The notes below the pieces were generated by a model. It saw only the letters and a program-made list of their open reading frames with translations, did not search any database and had not been told where the DNA came from. A program made the translations under genes and the position numbers. A DNA stretch of 64,000 nt. It comes from Eledone cirrhosa (taxonomy: Eukaryota). Every line of letters begins with the position of its first letter. Position 1 is the stretch's first letter. The stretch covers positions 14,260,001-14,324,000 of the forward strand of contig OZ024740.1 in assembly GCA_964016885.1 (NCBI GenBank), read 5' to 3'. This document shows, in pieces, positions 38,716-58,500 of the stretch.

Positions 38716-38809
38716 CCTCTAATAACAAACTACTTTAGATACTAACACAATACTCCAAGATAACTAAAACACCTTGAAACATTCCATTTATTTATATTAT
38801 TATAGGCCC

Positions 38810-39045
38810 TTTATGGTCTGAGTTCAAATCCCGCCGAGGTTAACTTTGCCTATCATCCTTACGGGGTCGATAAAATAAAGTACCAGTAATACCCTGAGAC
38901 AATTGCTGGCCTGTGCCAAAAGAAGAAACAATTATTATTTGGCAGGTCAACTTTGCCTTTCATTATTACAGGGTCGATAAAATAAAGTACCAGTAATACA
39001 CTGTGACAATTGCTGGCCTTGTGCCAAAAGAAGAAATAATTATTA
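38810..39045 (+). mobile_element. tRNA-derived SINE (B box plus Nin-like core) with tandemly duplicated 3' part
   Basis: GAGTTCAAATCC B box, then core ACTTTGCCT.TCAT..TTAC.GGGTCGATAAAATAAAGTACCAGT twice, each ending GGCCT(T)GTGCCAAAAGAAGAAA..ATTATT. Confidence 0.78.
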
Positions 39046-39304
39046 TAGAAAATTGTCCCAGTTTTAGTTGTAAGTGTTATGGTTGTTAAGGAGGACTCTG
39101 TGGTGATGGCAGCGACTAAGGCCGTGTTGTAGCAAGTGCAGTGACACTTCAGCAAACATAGGGAATAAAATCCAATGTTGTTTTCTATTATAAAACCATA
39201 TATCACAAGTTTTTTTTTGCGATGTTTTCTTACTTGAGACAACACAGCTATATTTATTGAAAGGTTAAATGTGACTCTTATATCATCTCACTTACGACTA
39301 CCTT

Positions 39305-40380
39305 GTAGTGGTGGTGGTGGTGGTGGTGGTGGTGGTAGTGGTAGTGTGGTGGTGGTGGTGGTGGTGGTGGTGGTGGTGGTAGTGTGGTGGTGGTGGTGGT
39401 GGTAGTGTGGTGGTGGTGGTAGTGTGGTGGTGGTGGTAGTGTGGTGGTGGTGGTAGTGGTGGTGGTGGTGGTGGTGGTAGTGTGGTGGTGGTAGTGGTGG
39501 TGGTGGTGGTGGTAGTGTGGTGGTGGTGGTGGTAGTGTGGTGGTGGTGGTGGTGGTGGTAGTGGTGGTGGTAGTGGTAGTGTGGTGGTGGTGGTGGTGGT
39601 AGTGTGGTGGTGGTGGTGGTGGTGGTGGTGGTAGTGTGGTGGTGGTGGTGGTGGTGGTGGTGGTAGTGTGGTGGTGGTGGTGGTGGTGGTGGTGGTAGTG
39701 TGGTGGTGGTGGTGGTGGTGGTGGTGGTAGTGTGGTGGTGGTGGTAGTGGTGGTGGTGGTGGTAGTGGTGGTGGTGGTGGTAGTGTGGTGGTGGTAGTGT
39801 GGTGGTGGTGGTAGTGTGGTGGTGGTGGTGGTGGTGGTGGTGGTAGTGTGGTGGTGGTGGTAGTGGTGGTGGTGGTGGTAGTGGTGGTGGTGGTGGTAGT
39901 GTGGTGGTGGTAGTGTGGTGGTGGTGGTAGTGTGGTGGTGGTGGTGGTGGTGGTGGTGGTAGTGTGGTGGTGGTGGTGGTGGTGGTGGTGGTAGTGTGGT
40001 GGTGGTGGTGGTGGTGGTGGTGGTGGTAGTGTGGTGGTGGTGGTGGTGGTGGTAGTGTGGTGGTGGTGGTAGTGGTGGTGGTGGTGGTAGTGGTGGTGGT
40101 GGTGGTAGTGTGGTGGTGGTAGTGTGGTGGTGGTGGTAGTGTGGTGGTGGTAGTGGTGGTGGTGGTGGTAGTGTGGTGGTGGTGGTAGTGTGGTGGTGGT
40201 GGTGGTGGTGGTGGTGGTGGTGTTGGTGGTGGTGGTGGTGGTGGTGGTAGTGTGGTGGTGGTGGTAGTGGTGGCGGTGGTGGTAGTGTGGTGGTGGTGGT
40301 AGTGTGGTGGTGGTCATGTCGTGGTGGTGGTCGTCTGGTAGTGTGGTGGTGGTGTGGTGGTAGTAGTGGTGGTGGTAGGG
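39305..40380. repeat. (GGT)n array punctuated by TAGTGT
   Basis: Direct reading. Confidence 0.97.
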
Positions 40381-40456
40381 TGTAGTTATTCAATTCCAGA
40401 TTTTTACAAAGCGACGTTGTAAACCCTTTTCTGTGACATTTCTTTCATCCTCCTCG

Positions 40457-42300
<1,844 letters not shown>

Positions 42301-42635
42301 CCCACCCCCTTCACTCCGCCACTATCGTCTTAAAAAAGAATTACACTATATATTATGTAATGTCTTCTAAGATACAATGGCTTTGGAAGAAAATGGAATG
42401 ATCACAACTGGAATGTCTTTGATCATAAGTCGCCTTTATCAGGTAAACACGGTGCTAGATCTGGCCACGGCCCTCACCGAAAATTCAGTAATCTAAGACC
42501 ACACAAATATTACAAGCTGTGTGGCCCACATTCTAGCTGTAAAATCTCAAAACATAACATAGAACACCTGGAGATAATTATGCACCATTCAGCTCCTGTT
42601 TTGTTTAATCTGGTCTGGTTTAGCCTTGTTTGAGC

Positions 42636-43460
42636 TGGTGATATCTGGTGATATCTGGTGATTTCTGGTGATATTTGGTAATATCTATTGATATCTGGGG
42701 ATATCTACTGATATCAGGTGATATCTGGTGTTATCTGGTGTTATCTAGTCTAGTCTGGTGATATCTGGTGATAGCTGGTGATATCTGGTGATTTCTGGTG
42801 ATATTTGGTGATATCTGGTGATATCTGGTGACAGCTGGTGACAGCTGGTGGTATCTGGTGACATCTGGTGACATCTGGTGATATCTGGTGATATCTGGTG
42901 ATATCTGGTGATATCTGGTGATATCTGGTGACATCTGGTGACATCTGGTGATATCTGGTGACATCTGGTGACATCTGGTGATATCTGGTGATATCTGGTG
43001 ATATCTGGTGATATCTGGTGACATCTAGTGACATCTGGTGATATCTGGTGATTTCTGGTGATAGCTGGTGATATCTGGTGATATCTGGTGATATCTGGTG
43101 ATAGCTGGTGATATCTGGTGATATCTGTGATATCTGGTGACATCTGGTGATTTCTGGTGATATCTGGTGATTTCTGGTGATATCTGGTGATTTCTGGTGA
43201 TATCTGGTGATTTCTGGTGATATCTGGTGATATCTGGTGATATCTGGAGATAGCTGGTAATATCTGGTGACATCTGGTGATATCTGGTGATATCTGGTGA
43301 TATCTCGTATAGTCTGGTGACATCTGGTGATATATGGTTATATTTGGTGATATCTGGTGAAATCGGTTCTAGTCTGGTGATATATAGTGATATCGGGTTA
43401 TATATCTGGTTATATTTGGTGATATCTAATTATATTTGGTGATATCTGGTGATGGTCTAG
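42636..43460. repeat. 10-bp minisatellite (ATATCTGGTG)n, about 80 copies
   Basis: Direct reading, degenerate at both edges. Confidence 0.96.
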
Positions 43461-43599
43461 TCTGGTCTGATATGTGCTGATATATACTGGTCTCATCAGT
43501 ATGATCTGTCTGATCAAGTCTCATCTAGTCTGAGTTAATCTAGTATGAACTGCTCGGAGCTGGTCTCATCTGGTCACTTCAGCTTTCGTCTGGTCAGTA

Positions 43600-46500
43600 T
43601 AACACATTACACACAACAGAAACCCCACCCTACCAATATAACACACCAGCACACCACCTCACCAATATAACAAACACCCAGCCCCACCATATACCCCCCA
43701 CCACCACCACCAATAAAACACCCTAACCCCAACCAATAAAACAAACCGCAAAATATCTCACAAGCCACACAAAATCCCACAAACCATACAACACCTTATA
43801 TTACACCACACAACACCCAACAAGCCACACAACACACAACAAACCACACAACATCCTATATTACACCACACAACACCCAGCAAACCACAAAACATCCAAC
43901 AGGCCACACATCATCCTATATTACACCACACAACATCCTATATTACACCACATAACAGCCAACAAACCACACAGTATTCTATATTACATCACACAACACC
44001 CAACAAGCCACACAACATCCAACAAACCACAGCACATACTATATTACACCACACAACACCAAACGAACCACACAACATCCAACAAGCCACACAACATCCA
44101 ATTTTACACCACACAACACACAAAAAATCACACAACACCCAACAAACCAAACAACATCCTATATTACACAACACAGCACCTAACAAGCCACACAAGATAT
44201 AACAAACCACACAACATCGTATATTACACCACACAACATCCAAAAAACCCCACACAACATCCAGCAAACCAGAGAACATCCTATTTTACACCACACAACA
44301 GACAACACGCCACACAACAGCCAACAAACCACACAACAAGACACACAACATCCTATATTACACCCACAAAATACCAAACAAGACACCCAACACCCAATAA
44401 GCCACACAACACCCAACAAACCACACAACATCCTATATTACACCACACAACACCCAACAAGCCAAACAACATCCTACTCACCACACAACATCCTATATTA
44501 CACCACACAACACCCAACAAGCCACACAACACCGAACAAACCACACAACATCCTATATTACACCACACAACAGTCAACAAACCCCACAAGATCCTATATT
44601 ACACCACACAACACCCAACAAACCACACAACATCCTATATTACACCGCACAACACCCAACAAACTACACAACATCCTATATTAAACCACATAACACCCAA
44701 CAAACCATACAACATCCAACAAACCACACAACATCATATATTACACCACACAATACCCAACAAACCACACAAAATCCAACAAACGACACAACATCCTATA
44801 TTACACAACACAACACCCCACAAACCACATAACACCCAACAAACCACACAACAGCCAACAAATCACAAAACATCCTTTATTACACCACACAACACCCAAA
44901 AAGCCAAACAACATCCAACAATCCACACAACATGCTATATTACACCACATAACACCCAACAAGCCACACAACATCATATAATACACCCACACAACACCCA
45001 ACAAACCACACAACACAGAACAAACCAGACAACATCCAACAAACCACACAATATCCTATATAACAGCACACAACATCCTATATTACACCATACACAGCCA
45101 ACAGGCCACACAATAACCAACAAACAACACAACATCCTATATTACACCACACAACACCCAACAAACCACACAAAATGCAACAAACGATACAACATCCTAT
45201 ATTACACCACACAACATCCTATATTACACTACACAACACACCACAAATCACACAACATCCAACAAACCACACAACATCCTATAGTACACCTTACAACAGC
45301 CAACACACCACACAACAGCCAACAAACCACACACCATCCTATATTACACCACACAACACACAACAACCCATACAACATCCAACAAACAACACAACATCCT
45401 ATATTACACCACACAACAGCCAACAAACCACACAACATCCTATATTACACCACACATCAACCAAAAACCACATAATGTCCAACAAACCACACAACATCCT
45501 ATATTACACGACACAACACCCCAAAAAACACACAACAACCAACACGACACCCAACACCCAACAAACAACGCAACAGCCACCAAACCACACATCATCCTAT
45601 ATTACACCACACAACACACAACAAATCACACAACAGCCTATATTACACCACACAACACCCAACAAAACAAACAACATACAACAAGGCATACAACATCCTA
45701 TATTACGCCACACAACACCCAACAAACCAAACAACATCCAAGAAACGAAACACCATCCTATATTACACCACACAACATCCTATATTACACCACACAACAT
45801 CCTATATCACACCAAACATCACCCAACAAACCGAACAACATCCAACAAACCACACAAATCCTATATTACACCACCCAACAGCCAACACGCCACACAACAC
45901 CCAACAAAACACAGAACATCCTATATTAAACCACACAACACCCAACAAAACAACACAAAATCCAACAAACCACACATCATCATATATTTCACCACACAAC
46001 GCACAAAAAACCACACAACAGCCAACAAATGACACAACATCCTATATTACACCACACAACAAACCACACAACACGCAACAAACCACACAACATCCTATAT
46101 TACACGACACAACACAACAAACCACAAAACATCTTATATTACACTACACAACTCCGAACTAACCACACACCATCCTATAATACACGACACATCCTATATT
46201 ACACCACACAACACCCAACAAACCACACAACATCCTATATTACACCACACAACACACAACAAGCAAGAAAACATCCATCAAACCAGACGACATCCTATAT
46301 TACACCACACAACATACAACAAACCACACAACATCCTATATTACATCACACAACACCAACAAACCAAACATCATCCAACTAACGACACAACATCCTATAT
46401 TGCACCACACAACATCCTACATTACACTACACAACACCCAACAAATTGCACAACATCCAACAAACCACAGAAAACCCTATATGACACAACAGCCAACACG

Positions 46501-49500
46501 CCACACAACATGCAACAAACCACACAACATTTTATATTACACCACACATCACCCAACAAACCACACAACATCCAATAAAACACACGACATCCTATATTAC
46601 ACCACACAACACCCAACAAACCACACAACACCCAGGAAATCACACATCACACCAACAAACACACAACATCCAACAAACCACACAACATCCTATATTACAC
46701 GACACAACAGAACATGCCACACACTAGCCAACAAACCACACAACATCTTATATTACACCACACAACAGCCAACACGCCACACAACAGCCAACAAACCACA
46801 CAACATCCTATATTAAATCACACAACACCCAACAAACCACACAACAGCCAACAAACCACACAACATCCTATAATACACCACACCACGCCCAACAAACCAC
46901 ACAACACCCAACAAGCCACACATCACACCAACAAATACACAACATCCAACAAACCACACAACATCCTATATTGCACCACACAACACAACAAACCACACAA
47001 CAGCCAACAAACCACAAAACAGCCTAAATTCCACCATACAACACCCAACATACCAAACAACATCAAACAAGGCACACAACATCCTATATTACACCACTCA
47101 ACACCCAACAAACCAAACAACATCCAACAAACGAAACATCATCCTATATTACACCACACAACGTTCTATATTACACCACACAACATCCTATATCATATTA
47201 CACAACACCCAACAAACCACACAACATCCAACAAGCCACACAACATCCTATATTACACAACACAACACCCAACAAACCACACAACACCCAGCAAGCAACA
47301 GAACGCCCAACAAACCACACAACATCCTATATTAAACTACACAACAGCAAACACGCCACACAACACCCAATAGACCACACAACATCCAACAAAACACAAC
47401 ATCTTATATTACACCACACAACACCCGACAAGCCACACAACACCCAACAAACCACAAAACATCCTATATTACACCACACAACACCCAAAAAGCCACACAA
47501 CATCCAACAATCCACACAACATGCTATATTGCACCACATAACACCCAACAAGCCACACAACATCATATAATACACCCACACAACACCCAACAAACAACAC
47601 AAAATCCTATATTACACCACACAACATCCTATATTACACTACACAACACCCAACAAATCACACAACATACAACAAACCACACAAAACACTATATTACACC
47701 ACACAACATCAAACAGGCCACAAAACAGCCAACGAACCACACACCATCCTATATTACACCACACAACACCCAACAACCCATACAACATCCAACAAACAAC
47801 ACAACATCCTATATTACACCACACAACAGCCAACAAACCACACAACATCCTATATTACACCACACATCACCCAAAAACCACACAATGTCCAACAAACCAC
47901 ACAACATCCTATATTACACGACACAACACCCAAAAAAAAGAAACAACACCCAAAAAAAGAAACAACAATCAAGACGACACCCAATACTCAACAAACAACG
48001 CAACAGCCACCAAACCACACAGCATCCTATATTACACCACACATCATCCTATATTACACCACGCAACATCCTCTATTACACCACACAACACACAACAAAC
48101 CACACAACACCCTATATTACACCACACAACACCCAACAAAACAAATAACATACAACAAGGCATACAACATCCTATATTACACCACACAACACCCAACAAA
48201 CTAAACAACATCCAAGAAACGAAACACCATCCTATATTACACCACACAACATCCTATATTACACCACACAACATCCTATATCACACCAAACAATACCCAA
48301 CAAACCGAACAACATCCAACAAACCACACAAATCCTATATTACACCACACAACAGCCAACACGCCACACAACACCCAACAAAACAGAGAACATCCTATAT
48401 TAAACCACACAACACACAACAAAACAACACAAAATCCAACAAACCACACATCATCATATATTTCACCACACAACACCCAAAAAACCACAAAACATCCTAT
48501 ATTACACCACACAACACCCAAAAAGCCACACAACATCCAACAATCCACACAACATGCTATATTGCACCACATAACACCCAACAAGCCACACAACATCATA
48601 TAATACACCCACACAACACCCAACAAACCACACAACACAGAACAAACCAGACAACATCCAACAAACCACACAATATCCTATATTACAGCACACAACATCC
48701 TATATTACACCATACACAGCCAACAGGCCACACAATAACCAACAAACAACACAAAATCCTATATTACACCACACAACACCAACAATCAAAACATCATCCA
48801 ACAAACGACACAACATCGTATATTACACCACACAACATCCTATATTACACTACACAACACCCAACAAATCACACAACATACAACAAACCACACAAAACAC
48901 TATGTTACACCACACAACATCAAACAGGCCACAAAACAGCCAACGAACCACACACCATCCTATATTACACCACACAACACCCAACAACCCATACAACATC
49001 CAACAAACAACACAACATCCTATATTACACCACACAACAGCCAACAAACCACACAACATCCTATATTACACCACACATCACCCAAAAACCACACAATGTC
49101 CAACAAACCACACAACATCCTATATTACACGACACAACACCCAAAAAAAGAAACAACAATCAAGACGACACCCAATACTCAACAAACAACGCAACAGCCA
49201 CCAAACCACACAGCATCCTATATTACACCACACATCATCCTATATTACACCACGCAACATCCTCTATTACACCACACAACACACAACAAACCACACAACA
49301 GCCTATATTACACCACACAACACCCAACAAAACAAATAACATACAACAAGGCATACAACATCCTATATTACACCACACAACACCCAACAAACTAAACAAC
49401 ATCCAAGAAACGAAACACCATCCTATATTACACCACACAACATCCTATATTACACCACACAACATCCTATATCACACCAAACAATACCCAACAAACCGAA

Positions 49501-52500
49501 CAACATCCAACAAACCACACAAATCCTATATTACACCACACAACAGCTAACACGCCACACGACACCCAACAAACCACAGAACATCCTATATTAAACCACA
49601 CAACACACAACAAAACAACACAAAATCCAACAAACCACACATCATCATATATTTCACCACACAACACCCAAAAAACCATACAACAGCCAACAAACCACAC
49701 AACATCCTATATTACAACACACAACAAAGCACACAACACGCAACAAACCACACAACATCCTATATTACACCAGACAACACAACAAACCACAAAACATCTT
49801 ATATTACACTACACAACTCCGAACTAACCACACACCATCCTCTATTACACGACACATCCTATATTACACCACACAACACCCAACAAACCACACAACATCC
49901 TATATTACAACACACAACACACAACAAGCCAGAAAACATCCATCAAACCAGACGACATCCTATATTACACCACACAACATCCAACAAACCACACAACATC
50001 CTATATTACACCACACAACACCAACAAACCAAACATCATACAACAAACGACACAACATCCTATATTGCACCACACAACATCCTACATTACACTACACAAC
50101 ACCCAAGAAGTTGCACAACATCCAACAAACCACAGAAAACCCTATATGACACAACAGCCAACACGCCACACAACATCCAACAAACCACACAACATTTTAT
50201 ATTACACCACACATCACCCAACAAACGACACAACATCCAACAAACCACACAACATCCAACAAACCACAGGACATCCTATATTACACCACACAACACCCAA
50301 CAAACACACAACATCCAACAAACCACACAACATCCTATATTGCACGACACAACAGAACATGCCACACACTAGCCAACAAACCACACCACACAACACCCAA
50401 CAAACCACACATCACACCAACAAAATACACAACAACCAACAAACCACACAACATCCTATATTGCACCACACAACACAACAAACCACACAACAGCCAACAA
50501 ACCACAAAACATCCTATATTACAGCACGCAACACCAAACAAACCAAACAACATCCAACAAACGAAACATCATCCTATATTACACCACACAACGTTCTATA
50601 TTACACCACACAACATCCTATATTACACCACACATCACCCAAAAACCACACAATGTCCAACAAACCACACAACATCCTATATTACACGACACAACACCCA
50701 AAAAAAGAAACAACACCCAAAAAAAGAAACAACAATCAAGACGACACCCAATACTCAACACACAACGCAACAGCCACCAAACCACAAAACATCTTATATT
50801 ACCCCACACAACACCCAACAAGCCACACATCAGCCAACACGCCACACAACACCCAACAAAGCACACAACAACCAACAAACCACACAACATTCTATATTAC
50901 ACCACACCACACCCAACAAACCACACATCACACCCAAATACACACAACATCCAACAAACCACACAACAGCCAACAAACCACAAAACATCTTATATTACAC
51001 CACACATCATCCTATATTACACCACGCAACATCCTCTATTACACCACACAACACACAACAAACCACACAACAGCCTATATTACACCACACAACACCCAAC
51101 AAAACAAACAACATACAACAAGGCATACAACATCCTATATTACACCACACAACACCCAACAAACTAAACAACATCCAAGAAAAGAAACACCATCCTATAT
51201 TACACCACACAACATCCTATATTACACCACACAACATCCTATATCACACCAAACAATACCCAACAAACCGAACAACATCCAACAAACCACACAAATCCTA
51301 TATTACACCACACAACAGCCAACACGCCACACAACACCCAACAAAACACAGAACATCCTATATTAAACCACACAACACACAACAAAACAACACAAAATCC
51401 AACAAACCACACATCATCATATATTTCACCACACAACACCCAAAAAACCACACAACAGCCAACAAACCACACAACATCCTATATTACACCACACAACAAA
51501 GCACACAACACGCAACAAACCACACAACATCCTATATTACACCAGACAACACAACAAACCACGAAACATCTTATATTACACTACCCAACTCCGAACTAAC
51601 CACACACCATCCTATATTACACGACACATCCTATATTACACCACACAACACCCAACAAACCACACAACATCCTATATTACAGCACACAACACACAAGCCA
51701 GAAAACATCCATCAAACCAGACGACATCCTATATTACACTACACAACACCAACAAACCAAACATCATACAACAAACGACACAACATCCTATATTGAACCA
51801 CACAACATCCTACATTACACTACACAACACCCAACAAATTGCACAACATCCAACAAACCACAGAAAACCCTATATGACACAACAGCCAACACGCCACACA
51901 ACATCCAACAAACCACACAACATTTTATATTACACCACACATCACCCAACAAACCACACAACATCCAACAGAGCACACAACATCCAACAAACCACACGAC
52001 ATCCTATATTACACCACACAACACCCAACAAACAACACAACACCCAGGAAATCACACATCACGTCAACAAACACACAACATCCAACAAACCACACAACAT
52101 TTTATATTACACCACATATCACCCAACAAACGACACAACATCCAACAAACCACACAACATCCAACAAACCACAGGACATCCTATATTACACCACACAACA
52201 CCCAACAAACACACAACATCCAACAAACCACACAACATCCTATATTGCACGACACAACAGAACATGCCACACACTAGCCAACAAACCACACCACACAACA
52301 CCCAACAAACCACACATCACACCAACAAAATACACAACAACCAACAAACCACACAACATCCTATATTGCACCACACAACACAACAAACCACACAACAGCC
52401 AACAAACCACAAAACATCCTATATTACAGCACGCAACACCAAACAAACCAAACAACATCCAACAAACGAAACATCATCCTATATTACACCACACAACGTT

Positions 52501-55500
52501 CTATATTACACCACACAACATCCTATATTACACCACACATCACCCAAAAACCACACAATGTCCAACAAACCACACAACATCCTATATTACACGACACAAC
52601 ACCCAAAAAAAGAAACAACACCCAAAAAAAGAAACAACAATCAAGACGACACCCAATACTCAACACACAACGCAACAGCCACCAAACCACAAAACATCTT
52701 ATATTACCCCACACAACACCCAACAAGCCACACATCAGCCAACACGCCACACAACACCCAACAAAGCACACAACAACCAACAAACCACACAACATTCTAT
52801 ATTACACCACACCACACCCAACAAACCACACATCACACCCAAATACACACAACATCCAACAAACCACACAACAGCCAACAAACCACAAAACATCTTATAT
52901 TACACCACACATCATCCTATATTACACCACGCAACATCCTCTATTACACCACACAACACACAACAAACCACACAACAGCCTATATTACACCACACAACAC
53001 CCAACAAAACAAACAACATACAACAAGGCATACAACATCCTATATTACACCACACAACACCCAACAAACTAAACAACATCCAAGAAAAGAAACACCATCC
53101 TATATTACACCACACAACATCCTATATTACACCACACAACATCCTATATCACACCAAACAATACCCAACAAACCGAACAACATCCAACAAACCACACAAA
53201 TCCTATATTACACCACACAACAGCCAACACGCCACACAACACCCAACAAAACACAGAACATCCTATATTAAACCACACAACACACAACAAAACAACACAA
53301 AATCCAACAAACCACACATCATCATATATTTCACCACACAACACCCAAAAAACCACACAACAGCCAACAAACCACACAACATCCTATATTACACCACACA
53401 ACAAAGCACACAACACGCAACAAACCACACAACATCCTATATTACACCAGACAACACAACAAACCACGAAACATCTTATATTACACTACCCAACTCCGAA
53501 CTAACCACACACCATCCTATATTACACGACACATCCTATATTACACCACACAACACCCAACAAACCACACAACATCCTATATTACAGCACACAACACACA
53601 AGCCAGAAAACATCCATCAAACCAGACGACATCCTATATTACACTACACAACACCAACAAACCAAACATCATACAACAAACGACACAACATCCTATATTG
53701 AACCACACAACATCCTACATTACACTACACAACACCCAACAAATTGCACAACATCCAACAAACCACAGAAAACCCTATATGACACAACAGCCAACACGCC
53801 ACACAACATCCAACAAACCACACAACATTTTATATTACACCACACATCACCCAACAAACCACACAACATCCAACAGAGCACACAACATCCAACAAACCAC
53901 ACGACATCCTATATTACACCACACAACACCCAACAAACAACACAACACCCAGGAAATCACACATCACGTCAACAAACACACAACATCCAACAAACCACAC
54001 AACATCCTATATTGCACGACACAACAGAACATGCCACACACTAGCCAACAAACCACACAACATCCTATATTACACCACACAACACCCAACAAACCACACA
54101 TCACACCAACAAAATACACAACATCCAACAAACCACACAACATCCTATATTGCACGACACAACAGAACATGCCACACACTAGCCAACAAACCACACAACA
54201 GCCAGGAAATCACACATCACGTCAACAAACACACAACATCCAACAAACCACACAACATCCTATATTGCACGACACAACAGAACATGCCACACACTAGCCA
54301 ACAAACCACACAACAGCCTATATTGCACCACACAACACAACAAACCACACAACATCCAACAAACGAAACATCATCCTATATTACACCACACAACACCCCA
54401 CAAACCGCACAACACCCAACAAACCACGCCACACCCAACAAGCCACACAACATACAACAAACCACACAAATCCTATATTACACCACACAACACCCAACAA
54501 GCCACACAACATACAACAAACGACACAACATCCTATATTACACCACACAACACCCAACAAACCATACAAATCCTATATGATACCACACAACACCCAACAA
54601 ACGACATAATATCCAAGAAGCCACACAGCATCCTATATCACACCACACAACAACAACAAACCACACAACATCCTATATTACACTACACAACACACACCAA
54701 GCCACACAACATCCTATATTACACCCACACAACACCCAACAAACCACACAACACCGAACAAACCAGACCTCATCCAACGAACCACACAATTTCCTATATT
54801 ACAGCACACAACAACCTATATTACCACATACACAACCAACAGGCCACACAACGGCCAACAAACAACACAACATACTATATTACACCACACAACACCAACA
54901 AACTAAATAACATCCAACAAACGACACAATATCCTATATTACACGACACGACATCCTATATTACACTACACAACACCAAACACATCACACAACATCCAAC
55001 AAATAACACAACACCCTATATTACACCACACAACAGCCAACACGCCACACAACAGCCAACGAACGACACAACCTCCAACAAACCACACTACATCCTATAT
55101 TACACCACACAACAGCCAACACGCCACAAAACATCCTGTATTAAATCACACAACACCCAACAAACACACAACATCCAAAAAACCACACAACATTACTATG
55201 TTACACCACATAACAGCCAACAAACCACAAAACTTCCTATATTACACCACACAACACCCAACAAACCACACAACATCGAACAAGCCACACGACATCCTAT
55301 ATTACATCACACAACACCCAACAAACCACACAACATTCTATATTACACCACGCAACATCCTATATTACATCACACAACACGCAACAAATCACACTACGTC
55401 CAACAAACCACACAACAACCAATATTACACCACACAACAGCCAACACGCCACACAACAGCCAACAAACCACACAACGTCCTATATTAAATCACACAACAC

Positions 55501-58500
55501 CCAAAAAGCTACACAGCCGACAAACCACACAACATCCTATATTACACCAAACAACACCCAACAAACCACACAATACCAACAGACCACACAACACGAAACA
55601 AACCACACAACATCCTATATTACACTACACAACTCCCAACGAACCACACAACATCCTATATTACACCACACAACACCCAACAAACCGCACAAAATACAAC
55701 AAAATACACAACATCCTATATTAAACCACACAACACCCAACAAGCTACACAACATCCTATATTACACCACACAACATCCTATATTACACCACAAAAAACC
55801 CAACAAACTACACAACATCCTATATTACACCACACAACACACAAGCCAGAAAACATCCCAAAATCCAGACACCATTCTATATTACACCACACAACATACA
55901 ACAAACCACACAACATCTTATATTACACCACACAACACCCCACATCCCGCACAACACCCAACAAACCACGCCACACCCAACAAACCACACAACAGCCAAC
56001 AAGCTACACAACATCCAACAAGCCACACAACATCCTATATTACACCACACAACAGCCAACAAACCACACATCATCCTATATTACACCACGCAACACCCAA
56101 CAAGCCACACAACATACAACAAACGACACAACATCCTATATTAAACCACACTACATACCAAAAGACACACATCATCCTATATTACACTACACAACATCCA
56201 ACAAGCCACACAACATCCAATAAACCACACAGATCCTATATTACACCACACAACACCCAACAAACCACACAACATCCAAGAAGCCACACAACATCCTATA
56301 TTACACTACATAACACACAGCAAGCTACACAACATCCTATATTACACCCACACAACACCCAACAAACCATACAACACCGAACAAACCAGGCCACATCCAA
56401 CGAACCACACAATATCCTATAATACAGCACACAACATCCTATATTACACCATACACAGCTAACAGGCCACACAACGGCCAACAAACAACACAATATACTA
56501 TATTACACCACACATCACCAACAAACTAAATAACATCCAACAAACGACACAATATCCTATATTACACCACACGACAGCCTATATTACACTAAATAACATC
56601 CAACAAATCACACATCCAACAAATCACACATCCAACAAACCACACAGCATCCTATATTACACTCCACAACAGCCAACACGCCACACAACGGCCAACAAAC
56701 CACACAACATACTATATTACACCACACAACTCCCAACAAACCATACAACATCCAACAAACCACACAAGAACCTATTTTACACTACACAACATGCTATATT
56801 ACACTACACAACACCCAACAAACCACACAACATCCAACAAACCACACAACATCCTGTATTACACCACACAACACACAACAAACCACACAACACCCAGGAA
56901 ATCACACATCACACCAACAAACACACAACATGCAGCAAACCACATAACATCATATATTACACGACACAACACAACAAACCACACAACAGCCAACAAACCA
57001 CAAAAAATCTTATATTACACCACACAACAGCCAACATGCCACACGACGGCCAACAAACCACACAACATCCTATATTACACCACACAACTCCCAACAAACC
57101 ATACAGCATGCAACAAACCACACAAGAACCTATTTTACACTACACAACATCCTATATTACACTACACAACACCCAACAAATCACACAACATCCAACAAAC
57201 CACACAACATCCTATATTACACCACACAACACCCAACACGCCACACAACGGCCAACAAACCACACAACATCCAACAAACCACACAACATCCTATATTACA
57301 CCACACAACACCCAACAAACCAAACAACACCCAGGAAATCACACATCACACCAACAAACACACAACATGCAACAAACCACACAACATCCTATATTACACG
57401 ACACAACACAACAAACAACACAACAGCCAACAAACCACAAAACATCTTATATTACCCCACACAACACCCAACAAGCCACACATCAGCCAACACGCCACAC
57501 AACACCCAACAAAGCACACAACAACCAACAAACCACACAACATTCTATATTACACCACACCACACCCAACAAAGCACACATACTCCAACACATCACATCC
57601 CATCCTATATTACACCACACAACACGCAACAAACACCACAACATCCTATATTACACCACACAACATCCTATATTACACAACACAACATCCTACATTACAC
57701 TACACAACTCCCAACAAACCACACAACATCCTATATTACACCACACAACAACCAACAAACCACACAACACCCAACAAACCACACATCACACCAACAAAAT
57801 ACACAACATCCAACAAACCACACAACATCCTATATTGCACCACACAACACAACAAACCACACAACAGACAACAAACCACAAAACAGCCTATATTACACCA
57901 CGCAACACCCAACATACCAAACGACATCCAACAAGGTACACAACATCCTATATTACACCACGCAACATCCAACAAACCAAACAACATCCAACAAACGAAA
58001 CATCATCCTATATTACACCACACAACACCCAACAAACCAAACAACATCCAACAAACGAAACATCATCCTATATTACACCACACAACATACAACAAACCAC
58101 ACAACATCCTATATTACACCACACAACTCCCACAAACCGCACAACACCCAACAAACCACGCCACACCCAACAGACCACACAACAGCCAACAAGCTACACA
58201 ACATCCAACAAGCCACACGACATCCTATATTACACCACACAACACCCAACAAACCAAACAACATCCAACAAACGAAACATCATCCTATATTACACCACAC
58301 AATATACAACAAACCACACAACATCCTATATTACACCACACAACACCCCACAAACCGCACAACACCCAACAAACCACGCGACACCCAACAGACCACACAA
58401 TAGCCAATAAGCTACACAACATCCAACAAGCCACACGACATCCTATATTACACCACACAACAGCCAACAAGCCACACATCCTCCTATATTACACCACGCA

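Noticed and set aside
42478-42536. Apparent minus-strand micro-exon (ttttacag...gtgagg)
   Set aside because: Stop codons in all three frames.
42731-43323. SPDITRYHQI repeat protein
   Set aside because: The same peptide appears in all three frames because the DNA unit is 10 bp.
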